A DNA stretch of 64,000 nt from Eledone cirrhosa (lineage: Eukaryota), in contig OZ024744.1 of NCBI GenBank assembly GCA_964016885.1, positions 42,966,001 through 43,030,000 of the forward strand, written 5' to 3'. The position numbers and the translations under genes were made by a program. Below the pieces are notes generated by a model. It ran no database searches, was not told the origin of the DNA, and saw only the letters and a program-made list of their open reading frames with translations. Shown here piece after piece: positions 1 to 11,004 of the stretch. The first letter of the stretch is position 1, and each line of letters opens with the position of its first letter.

Positions 1-255
1 AAGAGGTCACAGAGTGTGTGACGAAAGAACTATGACTATATATATATATAAACAACTATCTGGTTGTGGAACCAACCAACCAACCAGAAATTTATAAATT
101 TGTAAATTTATAAATATATATTAAATTAAATTGAAGTGAAAGCAACTGGTGCGTGTGTTTCTTATTGGCAACATGACCCTCCCAAAGTATAACAATATCG
201 GTTTCAACACACGATTTCAGATAAAGAATCTTGCTAAACAAATTCAGAAACGAAA

Positions 256-278
256 TATATATATATATATATATATAT
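256..278. repeat. (TA)n microsatellite
   Basis: Pure AT dinucleotide run. Confidence 0.9.
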
Positions 279-372
279 AAAAGGTATATATTGAGTTAGA
301 AACTCAAAATATTCTCTTACAATTAAATAGCTCAAGAAAGAGGTTTTTCTGAGCCGTATAATATATTAAAAT

Positions 373-838
373 ATTTTGAAGACCTTGCGCTATCATTTTT
401 AAAGTAGTGACTATGTCACTTATTTTTAAAATGTCACTACTTTAAAAATGATAGCGCAAGGTCTTCAAAATGTTCTTAATTAAACACAAGGTATATTGCC
501 AAATATACTATACATACATTCATGTATACATTGTTATTTCAGAGCACCAATCCTAATACCTAATTTTGGCTGGACCGGCAATCGCTCTGTATAATCAGCT
601 CCTGGTTATTACTGGAATTTTATAAGCATCCAGCTTCTATAATTTTCAGCAAAGGCGAGGAGTACGTTGCTCTGATGATCACCAACAGGGTGAAACAGAC
701 TCTGTTAGCTTTTCTCCCTTCTTTTGCCGAAAAAAAGAAGTAAGTGATATAGTCACTACTTTAAAAATGATAGCGCAAAGTCTTCAAAATGTTTTTAATT
801 AAACATACGGTATATTGCCAAATATACTCTACATACAT
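373..838 (+). mobile_element. Putative Penelope-like element remnant (pseudo-LTR pieces in inverted and direct orientation)
   Basis: 373-411 is a perfect 39-bp inverted repeat of 433-471. 433-~520 recurs as a direct repeat at 752-~838, and 373-421 is also inverted relative to 742-790. A type I hammerhead motif lies inside. Hammerhead-bearing, partly inverted terminal repeats are a known Penelope-like trait, but no RT or GIY-YIG ORF is seen, so the family call is inferred. Confidence 0.45.
659..717 (+). ncRNA. Type I hammerhead ribozyme motif (slightly degenerate)
   Basis: GCT (669-671), CTGATGA (672-678), stem II TCACC aacag GGT, GAAAC (692-696), stem III ACAG/CTGT, cleavage triplet GTT (704-706), then AGC (707-709) pairing with GCT. 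Distal stem I pairs GGAG (659-662) with CTCC (714-717). Confidence 0.65.
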
Positions 839-1140
839 TAATATCAGTCACCAATACCACGATCTTGCCATTCAAGTAAGTCTGATATTTGATTTCGGAT
901 TCAGAGAAACACTTTAAACGTATCCCCGTTTGATTTCTCAACCTGATTAGTTCTATCGTTCCTTTGGTATATATTGTGTGTTAGTTTAGCCTACCACAAT
1001 GTTCGATTTGTCAAGCTATTTAAACGTATGTTATAACTCTGAGACCTATCTTATCGAGTGCTTTGCTAACTCATCATTTCATATAAGTAGGCGGAATTTA
1101 CTTGCAAACCGCCAGAGATTCGATTTTACTGATTTCCAAT

Positions 1141-1255
<115 letters not shown>

Positions 1256-1499
1256 GAAAGTGAAATCCTTAACCACACAACCATGCCTGCATGCGACGAT
1301 TGGCAGATATAGAAATTTGTTAAGTCTGGTGAGACATGGAAAAGGGATATTAGCTGGTTTGAGCATAGTGTAATTATAATAGTTGACAATGAAAAAACTG
1401 TGGGAAACTAAATAAGAACAACCTGTCATTTCCTATATATTATCATAAGCTGGAATCCAGATAGAAATCATTGTCCTTAAATGCATGTAGTCTATGAAA

Positions 1500-2518
1500 C
1501 AAGATCCATCTTTTTGATTCTTACGTCAAAAGTATCGATCCCGATTTCATTACAGTCACGGAAACATAGTTGTATTCTTTACTCTGTGATGGGGTTTTAA
1601 TATTATTGGCTACTTCTTTTGCAAAGGCCGCATTAATTGTGGTGGTGGTGTGATGGTCTACGTTCGTTCAAACTTTTCAGCAATTCTTTGCGATGAACCA
1701 GTCACAAGAAGTATTTTTCTGTGATATAGGTATGACCATGTCAACACTTCTACTTGGAGTTGTTTACCGCCCTCCCCTACCCCTAATTACCATCAAGAGA
1801 CACAAATTTTTATATCCTCAGAGCTCTTGCCAGGAAAACAGCCACTTATGTTTTTATTGCAGGCAACTTCAATCACCCTGAGATTAATTGGAAATCCTTT
1901 CATTGGCCACACAGAGCAAGTGATTTCCTTGAGTTAGCACTGGACTCGAATTGGTCCCAAGTAGTCACCTCCTCCACAAGAAGTAACAACACTTTGGATC
2001 TGCTCTTTACCTCTACTCCTGAAATGGTTATTAGTGTCTCTACTGAGGAAGCTTTAGGTGACTGATTATGTTATGGTCATTGCCAATTTGTTTCTTATAG
2101 GCAGTAACACTACAACCATCTGCTCACTTTGAATGGAATTCTTACTGCACTGAGTTACAATGCTTGAATTTGATGAGTCTGGAGATGTGAATACTATACT
2201 TCAGAACATCCAGAACATCCTTAATTAAATATGGATGGCATGTGCAGCACCAGTAACATGTAAGCACAAAAAACATTCCAAAATAGAAATTTTAGAAACT
2301 GCAGCAGTCCAACTTGCAGGAAAGAATGTTGTGATGCTGAATGGGAATGCAGACAACATAGGTCAAAGGTTAATAGAAAAAAGTGCAATAGATCATCTAA
2401 CCATCTCAAGCAGGTGGCAAAAAAGGCAGTGTTTGAATTTGAACAGTGCATAGCAACCAACCCTGACGACAAAGTGTTCTGGAAATATATACATTCAAAG
2501 AAGAGACCTAACTCCTCA
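1500..2518 (+). mobile_element. CR1-clade LINE, degenerate ORF2 5' part (APE endonuclease and linker)
   Basis: Frame-shifted motifs GGGVMVYVRS (~1640), LLGVVYRPP (~1750), AGNFNHPEINW (~1860), QVVTSSTRSNNTLDLLFT (~1960) and KVFWKYIHSK (~2470-2500). The 5' boundary is approximate. Confidence 0.8.
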
Positions 2519-4023
2519 TTGTCAAGCTTGACATGAGGAATGCCTTCAACTCTTTACGCCGGGATCATCTGCTCGAGGCCTGCCTCAGCCGAGCCCCCCC
2601 CCTACCTACCCGCTGGCCTACCTGTCATATGGAGCCCCGAGCATGCTCCTAGCTGCTGATACGGTCATACCCTCGGCTAGTGGGGTCCAGCAGGGTGACC
2701 CTTTGGGACCCCTCCAGTTCGCCCTTGATATTGACCACATCTCTCGGAGTATCACGGCCCCTCTCAACGTTTGGTATATGGATGATGCTACGTTGGGCGG
2801 GCCCGTACGGACGGTCTACCAAGACCTTCAATCGGTGATTCCTGGCCTGGCGGGAATCGGCCTCCAGGTCAGCTCAGCCAAGTTGGAGGTGGTGAACGTC
2901 AGCCTCGATGCTGCGAGCTTTGCAGCCTCCGTCTTGGACGTGCGGTCCATTCTCCGCCAGGTTCAGGTGACCCCAAAGAGGATGTCCTCATCCTCGGGTC
3001 ACCGATCCACCTGCCGGCCATCCGCTCCACCATCAGGTCCAGGCTTCAACAGCTCCAGACTCTCACGAGCCGACTGGGCTTGATTGACGGCCACCCAGCT
3101 CTCTTTCTACTGAGGAACTGCTTCGCCATGCCGAAGCTCCTCTATACACTCCGCAGCGCTCCATGCTACACCCAGACATCTCTCCTCGCTGACCTCGATA
3201 CTTGTATCCGAGCAGCAGCCGAGGGGGTATGCAACGTTAAGTTTGACGACATAGGGTGGCAACAGGCCACTTTACCTGTCAGGTATGGCGGCCTTGCGGC
3301 GTATCTTTCGTCGGTAACCTCGTGCCGCGTCCTCGTCAGCAGGGTTCTTCAAATCACAACAGAACCCTCTGTGTTCAGAGAACGTGAGGCCACCTGTGAG
3401 ACGTGGGACCGGATGGGACTTAGCCCAGTAGACGTCCCTCCTCCTTAAACCCCTGTTGACGTCAAGTCCCCCCAACGCACTTAGGATGTCATCCAGTGCA
3501 GCCTGGCCTCAGACAGGCTCACGCGCCAGCTCGACCAGCACCGGCTTGCTTGTTTTCGTGCGGCCTCCAAACCCCATAGTGGTGCCTGGCTCCATGCCCT
3601 GCCCTCCTTCTCCACTGGCACGCAGCTAGACAACCATAGCCTGCGAATCGGCGTTTCCCTGAGGCTCGGCCTCCGGATCTACCAGCCACACCAATGTCGC
3701 TGAGGTTTCACCGTGGACTGTTTCACAGTGGAGACTTCTGGTGTCCTCGGCACCCAGGGCTACCTCCTTACTCACCACCATAGGCGCTGAGCTGGCCAGC
3801 CGCAGGTGTGAGCCCCGCGAGTTGGAGTGGCTTTTCCAGCGCGTCTCCCTTGCCGTCCCCCGGGGAAAACGCCTTCTCCATTCTGCCCGCCAGGGCTGTG
3901 GGTGGGCCCCATCGCGTACCAATACATTAGTTAAATACCATTCTTTCATCTTATTACCTGTTTGTAGTTAATTTTAATGAACATGTATCTGCCAGTAAAT
4001 ATATATATGTGTGGAAAAAAAAA
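2519..4023 (+). mobile_element. CRE-clade non-LTR retrotransposon, 5'-truncated, nested in CR1
   Basis: [67 protein letters not shown]...LRLGL and LFQRVSLAVPRG. Ends in A9 (4015-4023) and is flanked by TCCTCA at 2513-2518 and 4024-4029. Contains stops and frameshifts, and the RLE core appears deleted. Confidence 0.85.
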
Positions 4024-5706
4024 TCCTCAGATGGTCCTCTTCGCAATCCCTACACAGGCTGGATTACTGATGATCCCAAAGAATGTGCAGAACTTATTGC
4101 TGAATGCTATGCAGGCATTTTATACTTGCAATGCTGTGACGCCACCTCTAGAATAATTGCAACTATGCCTCTCCTGGTCTTGATGGTGTTCTATACCTAC
4201 TTCTCAAACGCAGTGGGTTCTTTCTTCTGCACCAGCTTTCTTCTTCTTCCAATTGTCTTAACAATAGTGTTACTCTAAATCAGTGGAAAACTTCCAATGT
4301 CATTCCTCTGTTCAAAAAGGTGATCGCATATCACTTATCAACTATCATCCAGCCAGTCTTACTAGCTGCATCATCAAACTGATGAAGTCCTATGTCAGAG
4401 AAACACCCAGGAACTTTTGGAAATCCCACAGACTTATCCAGCCCGTGCAATTTGACTCCAGCTACTGTGCCCAACTCATTGATTTTCTTGACGACGTTAC
4501 CTGAATCACTGACAGCGGCACGTGAGTGGATGTTATTTATTTTGACTTTGCTAAAGCTTTTAATTCTGTGCCACACAAAACTCTCTGCAATGGGTGTGAG
4601 AGAAGTTCTTCATTCTAAGGCGAAAAGAGGTAGTCACGGTTCAGGACAGCATTCTTCACCCTATGTAATGATATCTGCTGTACTACAGGATCTGTTCTTG
4701 GCCCCCCTTTGTTTGTTGCATATATAAATGATATAGATGCTAACTTAAAGAATGTCACAGTGATGAAATGTGCTGATGACATCAAGGACAGATCCTGTAC
4801 GCTATAGATATTTCCTGCAATCAAACCTGGACACAATGTAGCCATGGATTACGAACTGGCAACTCAGGCTGGCTGTGGACAAGTGTACCACCATGCATTT
4901 TGGGAGAAAAAACCAAGTTTTCACACACTCCCTCCACAATACTAATGTGACCTGGGCATTATTGTCAACATTGATTTGTCTTGGACAAAGCATATCTCTA
5001 AAATTGTCAAGAAGGCCGAGGGTGTCTTGGTATCACTCAGCAAGACCTTCGTCAGCCACTCTTCAGTTATCTATTTAAAGCTGTATAAAGCTATGGTGTG
5101 GCCACACTTAGAATTTGCTTCACCAGACTGGAACCCCTATATTGATCTCCTGGAAACTGATTAGAAACTTGCAACCAAATGAATACCCTCCATCAGGCAT
5201 TTACATACTCTAAATGACTTGCTTCCCTAGGCATGGATACATTAAAGCTCCAATGTCTGGCAACTGACTTGGTAGACACCCACAAGATTATTAACCATCT
5301 TGCCAACAACAACCCTGAGCACCTTTTTGAACTCCATGTGTCTAACACTTGTGGACATGCTTACAAAATCAGCACAGCTCCCATGACTTTCAGAAACATT
5401 TTTTCACACTCAGAGTTGCTGAAGCATGGAACAAACTACCTGAATCAGCTGTTAGCTGTCGGGACACTGCATCCTTTAAAACCTCCATGCTTCCTCAAAT
5501 TCACCAACACTACATCTGATATTCCCCCTCTATACACACACACACACGTGTGTTTATCATGACTCATACAGTGTGTTCATCATGACTCATGCACTCTTCA
5601 CTTTCCTGACATTTGTACATTATTCTATGTACTATACTTGCACTTTTGATGAGATGTAGTGCACCTGAGCACTGTACACAATAATTTTAATTATTATTAT
5701 TATTAT
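4024..5706 (+). mobile_element. CR1-clade LINE, degenerate RT domain, 3' UTR and (ATT)n tail
   Basis: WKTSNVIPLFKKGDR/NYHPASLTSC, VDVIYFDFAKAFNSVPH, QGSVLGPLLFVAYINDID, KCADDIK, KCTTMHFG and LYKAMVWPHLEFASPDWNPY; (ATT)n at ~5690-5706. Confidence 0.88.
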
Positions 5707-5760
5707 AAGCTTCTTACGGTTTCTGTCTATCAAATTTCACTCATGAAGCACTGGTCAAGC
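5707..5760. mobile_element. Possible short SINE/repeat fragment
   Basis: ggtttctgtctatcaaatttcactcatgaagcactggtc resembles a common cephalopod interspersed repeat as I recall it; not verified. Confidence 0.3.
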
Positions 5761-6033
5761 TGTGAGCCTGAAAAACTGAAAGCACACAACTGCAAAGCAA
5801 ACTCAGCTATAGACTTTGTTTGTTTGTATGCGTGCATGTATGTTCTCTTTCTTAATTTTGAGTTTATTTCTGACAGGCCATTTTTCTGGTTGCAAAGTTG
5901 TAGACAATAGGAAAATTGTTGTCGTCTCTTGTATAAGCCTTCATTCTTTTAATCATAAGAATGCTTTACAGAATTTTGTACATTCTTTCTCCACAAATCC
6001 AAGTTCAGTTATACTTTGGTCCAAGTGGGTTGA

Positions 6034-6414
6034 TATATTAACTGTAACCTCAATAATAATGGATATACCATCATCATCATCATCATATATATATAATGAA
6101 GGAAGTGTGGTAAGGAACCAGGTGGACCATAATGCACCAGAGTACTCGATACTTTGGGTAGTAGAGTGAGTAATAGGAAAAGGTTCAGGACCCCGACGGC
6201 AGAACTCAAGCCGTTTCGACGGCTATTTCTGGGTCTAGAAATAGCCGTCGAAACGGCTTGAGCTCTGCCGTCGAGGTCATACATTTCCTATTACCCACTC
6301 TACTACCCAAAGTATCGAGTACTCTGGTGCATTATGGTTCACCTAGTTCCTTACCACACTTCCTTCATTATATATATATATATATCCATTATTATTGAGG
6401 TTACAGTTAATATA
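6034..6414. repeat. 381-bp near-perfect palindrome (fold-back element)
   Basis: Left arm 6034-6230 is the reverse complement of right arm 6237-6414 around a 6-nt loop GGGTCT. There are few mismatches, one small asymmetric patch (~6181-6188 vs ~6279-6283) and a (CAT)n insert only in the left arm. Confidence 0.95.
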
Positions 6415-6464
6415 CAAAATGTGATGTTGTGTTGTTTTCTATTGTTTTAATCCAAATGAAAATA

Positions 6465-6821
6465 AAAGGCTCTATCCTTAGCTCCCTCCAGTTTATTATT
6501 GTCCTACAGGCTATAACAGAAGAGTTTAAGACTGGCTGCCACTGGAAACTCCTATACGCAGATGATCTAACTCTTATAGCTGAATCTATGGCTTAACTAG
6601 AGAAGAAATTCCTAGCATGGAAGCATGGCCTAGAATCAAAAGGCCTTAAAGTTAACTTGTCTAAGACTAAAGTTCTATGTAGAAAGGAGAATAGGGCACA
6701 GGTGCCCTCTGGGAAATGGCAATGCTCAGTGTGTAAAAAGGGAGTAGGTAGAAATTTCATTCATGCCCCAAATGCAAACTATAGGTACATAAAAGATGTA
6801 GTGGGATCACAGGTAAGCTAT
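6465..6821 (+). mobile_element. RTE-clade LINE, 5'-truncated RT region (part 1)
   Basis: GSILSSLQFIIVLQAIT, LLYADDLTLIAES, WKHGLESKGLKVNLSKTKVL, then CSVCKKGVGRN...HKRCSGITGKL. Confidence 0.85.
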
Positions 6822-7296
6822 GTGATGAACGCCACCACCTTCACGGATGTGAACTTCCGGCCCAATGACTGCAATCAAGGAGAAGCTTCCTCAACCATGT
6901 CCAGACCCTAACAATATCTCAGGAAGAAATCAGACTACAGCTATGGACTAGAAAGCTAGAGAATGAGTCCCCTCCTATTGACATGGGAATCCCCCCTTCT
7001 GAAGCACTTCATCCTGGCTCAGAAGCACCATGGGTCCAGCGGAAGACACTCAACCCCCTGAGAACAGGAATGGGGTGATCAAAAGCTGCTATGGCCAGAT
7101 GGGGCTACAAGACCGGCCCAACCATCTGCGAATGTGCAGAGGAGGACCATACAATGCAGCACTGCCTTGTTTGCCCTCTACTACCCAACCTGTGCAGCTT
7201 AAAAGATCTCGCAGAATTTAATAATTATGTAAAGGACTGTGTCAAGAAATGGGAAACTGTCATATAACCACATGCTTCGAAGATACGAAAAGAAGA
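6822..7296 (+). mobile_element. Ingi/Vingi-like LINE 3' fragment nested in RTE
   Basis: ERHHLHGCELPAQ*LQSRRSFL and LNPLRTGMG*SKAAMARWGY...CECAEEDHTMQHCLVCPLL. The 3' end reads ATACGAAAAGAAGA, and there is an 11-bp TSD AGGTAAGCTAT at 6811-6821 and 7297-7307. Confidence 0.75.
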
Positions 7297-8000
7297 AGGT
7301 AAGCTATCTAAGAATATAAATTTTATATTGGCCGATGTTCAGGTGGAGTAAGTAGCAAGGTCCCACTGGATACTAGTTCCTTCAACTGCCCAGATGGTTC
7401 TATAGAAATAGTAGACATGTTCTGTTACTTGGGTGATAAAATCAGCAGTGGAGGAGTGTGTTCTGAAAGTACAGCATCCAGAGTTAGAACAGGACGGAAA
7501 AGGTTCAGAGAGCTAATGCCGTTGTTAGCCACAAAGGGTTTTTCTCTAAAAATGAAAGGCAGATTGTATGATGCTTGTATACCAATGGCAATATTACATG
7601 GTAGTGAGACCTGATCGTGGTGTGCAGAAGACTTGCGTAGATTAGAAAAAAACAAAGCCTGCATGCTCCGATGGATGTAATGTATGTGAATGGCAAAGCA
7701 TAAATAAATTGAGAGAGAGACTAATCATAAGAGGTATCAAATGTGTTCTGGAGAGGAAGTAGCGTTGGTATGGACATGTGATGCGTATGAAGGACAACAG
7801 CTGTATAAAAAAGTGCAGAGCAATCAAAATCGATGGAAGCTATGGAGTGGGTAGACCAAGAAAAACCTGGGATGAGGTAATAAAAACAGAACTTGCTCAT
7901 TTACACCTCTCTAAGACAATGTCACTGGATCAAGATGTTTGGTGCTATGCAGTTATACAGAAGTCCCGCCTTCCCTTGCATACAAACCTACAGTCAGTAG
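7297..8000 (+). mobile_element. RTE-clade LINE, RT thumb and C-terminus (part 2)
   Basis: FCYLGDKISSGG, KGRLYDACIPMAILHGSET*, RWYGHVMRM and GRPRKTWDEVI, with stops and frameshifts. The 3' boundary is approximate. Confidence 0.88.
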
Positions 8001-8119
8001 ACACCTCTTAACCCAATATACACCCCCACCCCACTCACCTTACGCCATCCTCCCATTTCTGTCCACTGTAAAGTGGTCGTATAGGAGACACGGCAAAAAG
8101 GCTCCCAGTCCACACTGTA

Positions 8120-10380
8120 AAAGTCATTGGATGGAGGAAAGAAAGCAAGGTAGGGACAAAGAAGTACACTTATGCAAACCGAGACCTCCAAGGCAGCTTG
8201 GTCGGGACTCTGGAGAGAGTCGGGCATTAACCAAACACTCGAGCTCGCTGAATATTAGATCGTTGAAGCGTTAAAGAGATGACGAGAATTTGTAAGAGGG
8301 ACTAACTCTAAGGAAATACACCAACTTAGGGATTGACAGATAATTCCGGAGAATGAAAAAACTTGGTGAGGCTCAATGACTTCAAGTTTTTTAAAAAGTT
8401 GCTTGAGGTTAGCCAACTTAGATTGAAAGATGGACTCAAAGGCTTGGTCAGTAACTCGGGCCCCAAGCGAGCACCATGCTGATGGGGAAGGAACTGTGAT
8501 GGAGGGGAAAGACACTGTGAACAGGTCTACAGTCTTTTGATGTGAAGCTGGGTGGTTGAGGAGCCAGAGCTCGCATTTGGAACTGTTGAAGTGAATGCCC
8601 CTACGGCCCAGCTCCTCAATCATCGTCTTCGTAGTTGCAAGGACCTTGCCTGGAGGAAACCCCCTCCCCCAAGCAAGCACCATCCAGATACCAGACATTC
8701 AGATCCAGGTCAACTCCCAACTTGGTGACGTCATCAATGCTCAGAGCGAAAATTGCAGGTCTGAGCGGGTCACCCTGTTGGATCATTTGGCAGATAGAAG
8801 GAAATGGTCATCGAAGATGAGATACGAGGGCTCCCGATAGGTTTGCCAAGGAAAGTGGTGAAGCTGCGGGGCCCCTTCCTTTACTGAACGGAGGATGGCA
8901 TCCCGACTGATAGAATTAAAAGCATTCCTAAGATCTAGCTTGAAAATGACCATGGGGATTTCAGAAGGTAAGTTGGTAAATGCTCTGGTGGTGTGAGCGA
9001 CAGCCTCACAACCCAGCTTTGTACCCATCCGTAGCTGAATAGGGGAAAATTCAGCGGAAAGGCTGTCTGAAATTGAAGACAGACATACCTTCACAGTGAG
9101 CAATCGCAGAGTCCACTCAGCATGCTATGGAGCAGAGGTCACCATTGGGCTTTGTGAGACCAAACAGTTCAGCTTCAAAGAATAGGGAGCAATATAAGAG
9201 AGGAAATTCTTGGATGAGAACAGGTTGATGAAATGGGTAATGTTCTCTAAGAGCTCAAGGCCGGCATCTCCGGCCAACAACGAGACACCATCCTTGAGGT
9301 GCTGAGGCGAAGACCTATCACTGCATCAGAACCCACCGGAAAGGATATTATCTCCTTCCTGACGATAGCAAGGGTGAAAACAGGTATAACCTAATGGATC
9401 GGGCCAGTGTAAGTAGTCATCCGGAGGGGTCAGAGGATGTTTTACTCTCAGTCGGTTGAGTGAATCTGTAGTGCACTGGGTGAGTTAGGAGAGGAGGCAA
9501 ATAGCTCCTTTAACGTCAAATTCATTGAATTTGGTATTGACGGCTTTCTTTAAGTTCGGCAATCAACCATTGGTTGGAACTGAGTTGATCACCGACCTGA
9601 GATGAGCAGTAATCGGGGTTGAATCGAACAACTCGAACTGCCGTTATAGGGAAGATGTGAGGGATCTAGATTTCATGTTGGACACATGGAGAGAGACTAA
9701 GGGGAACAAGAATAGTTTTTGCCAATCCAAGATGTCGTTGGAAAGGCAGACGTTCTTCAGCAGCTTGGAGAGAGCACGGGCGAAACTGGCCCGAACTCCC
9801 TTTGCAATACTGTTGATGAGTTTCTACTTAGACAAGTCCTGCCTGGATAAGTTCTCAATAGAAGTCTGAGCATCAGAGTTATGTTTAGACCTGCAAAGGG
9901 AATTTGGGCTGAAGTGACATTGGTTACGTGTCCAGTTTGAGAAACTTTCAGTTTGAAACTTAGAAATGCCAACGCAGCTCCTGTGGCAGTTTAGGCAGCA
10001 GGGGATTAGAACTGGTACAGGAGCAGAGAGCACAGTTTGGTGGTGAATTGACATCTGAGGAGTCGGCTTTAGAATAAGATTCAGGTGGGTGGAGGTTAAC
10101 AATAGAGATAGAGCGGGGAAACAGGTGATCAGCATTAACTCTGATAGTGGGATTCGGTTGGAGGGAAGGAGAGAGAGACAAGCTAGCTGTTATGGGAGTG
10201 GTGGGGTGGATGACAGGATGAATAGAACTAATTTCGACAGAATCCGGCGATGGGGGTAGGAGAGGAGAGTTAGGGAATGCAAGTTAGTTGGAATGAGGTG
10301 GGGGTGTTGAGGAACGGGGGGATGAAAGCTGATAGGATGTGACGAAATCCTTTAACCATGCGGGTCTCCTTGTTACTCGG
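8120..10380 (-). mobile_element. CRE-clade retrotransposon, degenerate (N-terminal region and RT)
   Basis: Minus strand: GTKLGCEAVAH, FKLDLRNAFNSISRD, QQGDPLRPAIFALSID, WYLDG, NSSKCEL, LRNYLSIPKLVYFLR and GGLGLHKCTSLSLPCFLSS. The 5' (right-hand) boundary is approximate. Confidence 0.8.
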
Positions 10381-10427
10381 TGTATGACCAAAATAATTTA
10401 GATTCAAATTTAAATTCAAATCTGAAT

Positions 10428-10705
10428 GTTGTGTGTGTTTAAATATATAAAACAGTAAAATTCAATAACTGCAAAGACTGCAAAATTAGATCAATGAGAC
10501 ACTACAACAGTGAAGAGAGGAAGTTGAAAACTGAAAAGGGAATTTTGAGATGTACCAAACGAAGAAATATTGAGATAGATGTTGTGTGTGTGTAAACATT
10601 TAAAACAATAAGCTCGATAAAAGTGCAAATATAGAGCCATGAGATTTTAAAGTATTGAAGAGAGGAAGCTGAAACTTAAGAAAGAATTTTGAGATGTATC
10701 AATAA
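10428..10705. repeat. Degenerate ~150-bp tandem duplication (2 copies)
   Basis: gttgtgtgtgt..taaa...gaagagaggaag(t/c)tgaaa...gaattttgagatgta(c/t)caa occurs starting at ~10428 and again at ~10581. Confidence 0.7.
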
Positions 10706-11004
10706 CAGTGGAGGAAAAATAAATATAATGTCTTCACGAAACACGTTACGCATGATTACAAATAAAATGTTAAACTGAAACTACGATCACTCAATCCTGA
10801 TATATATTTCATTTCGGAACTTGCTCCCGCTTACTTCCGGATTGACATTAAACTAGGGCTTGAAGCAACCGACTAAATAGTTCTATCCCAATTGAAGAAG
10901 GATTGTGACCTGAAAAGAAATTAATAAAACTCCAGACGATACTTTATTTCATGTCTGTTTATGAATGGCAGATTTTTGATCAACCAGCTTTCTATATACA
11001 TGAA

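Noticed and set aside
5816-6284. ORFs 5816-6169 (+) and 6009-6284 (-) as host exons
   Set aside because: They have no recognisable domain and run through the palindrome and (CAT)n repeat, and I see no consistent splice structure.
10891-10925. Hammerhead-like TTGAAGA AGG attgtga CCT GAAA
   Set aside because: C3 is replaced by T, stem III would be only 2 bp and there is no stem I pairing. At best it is a decayed relic.
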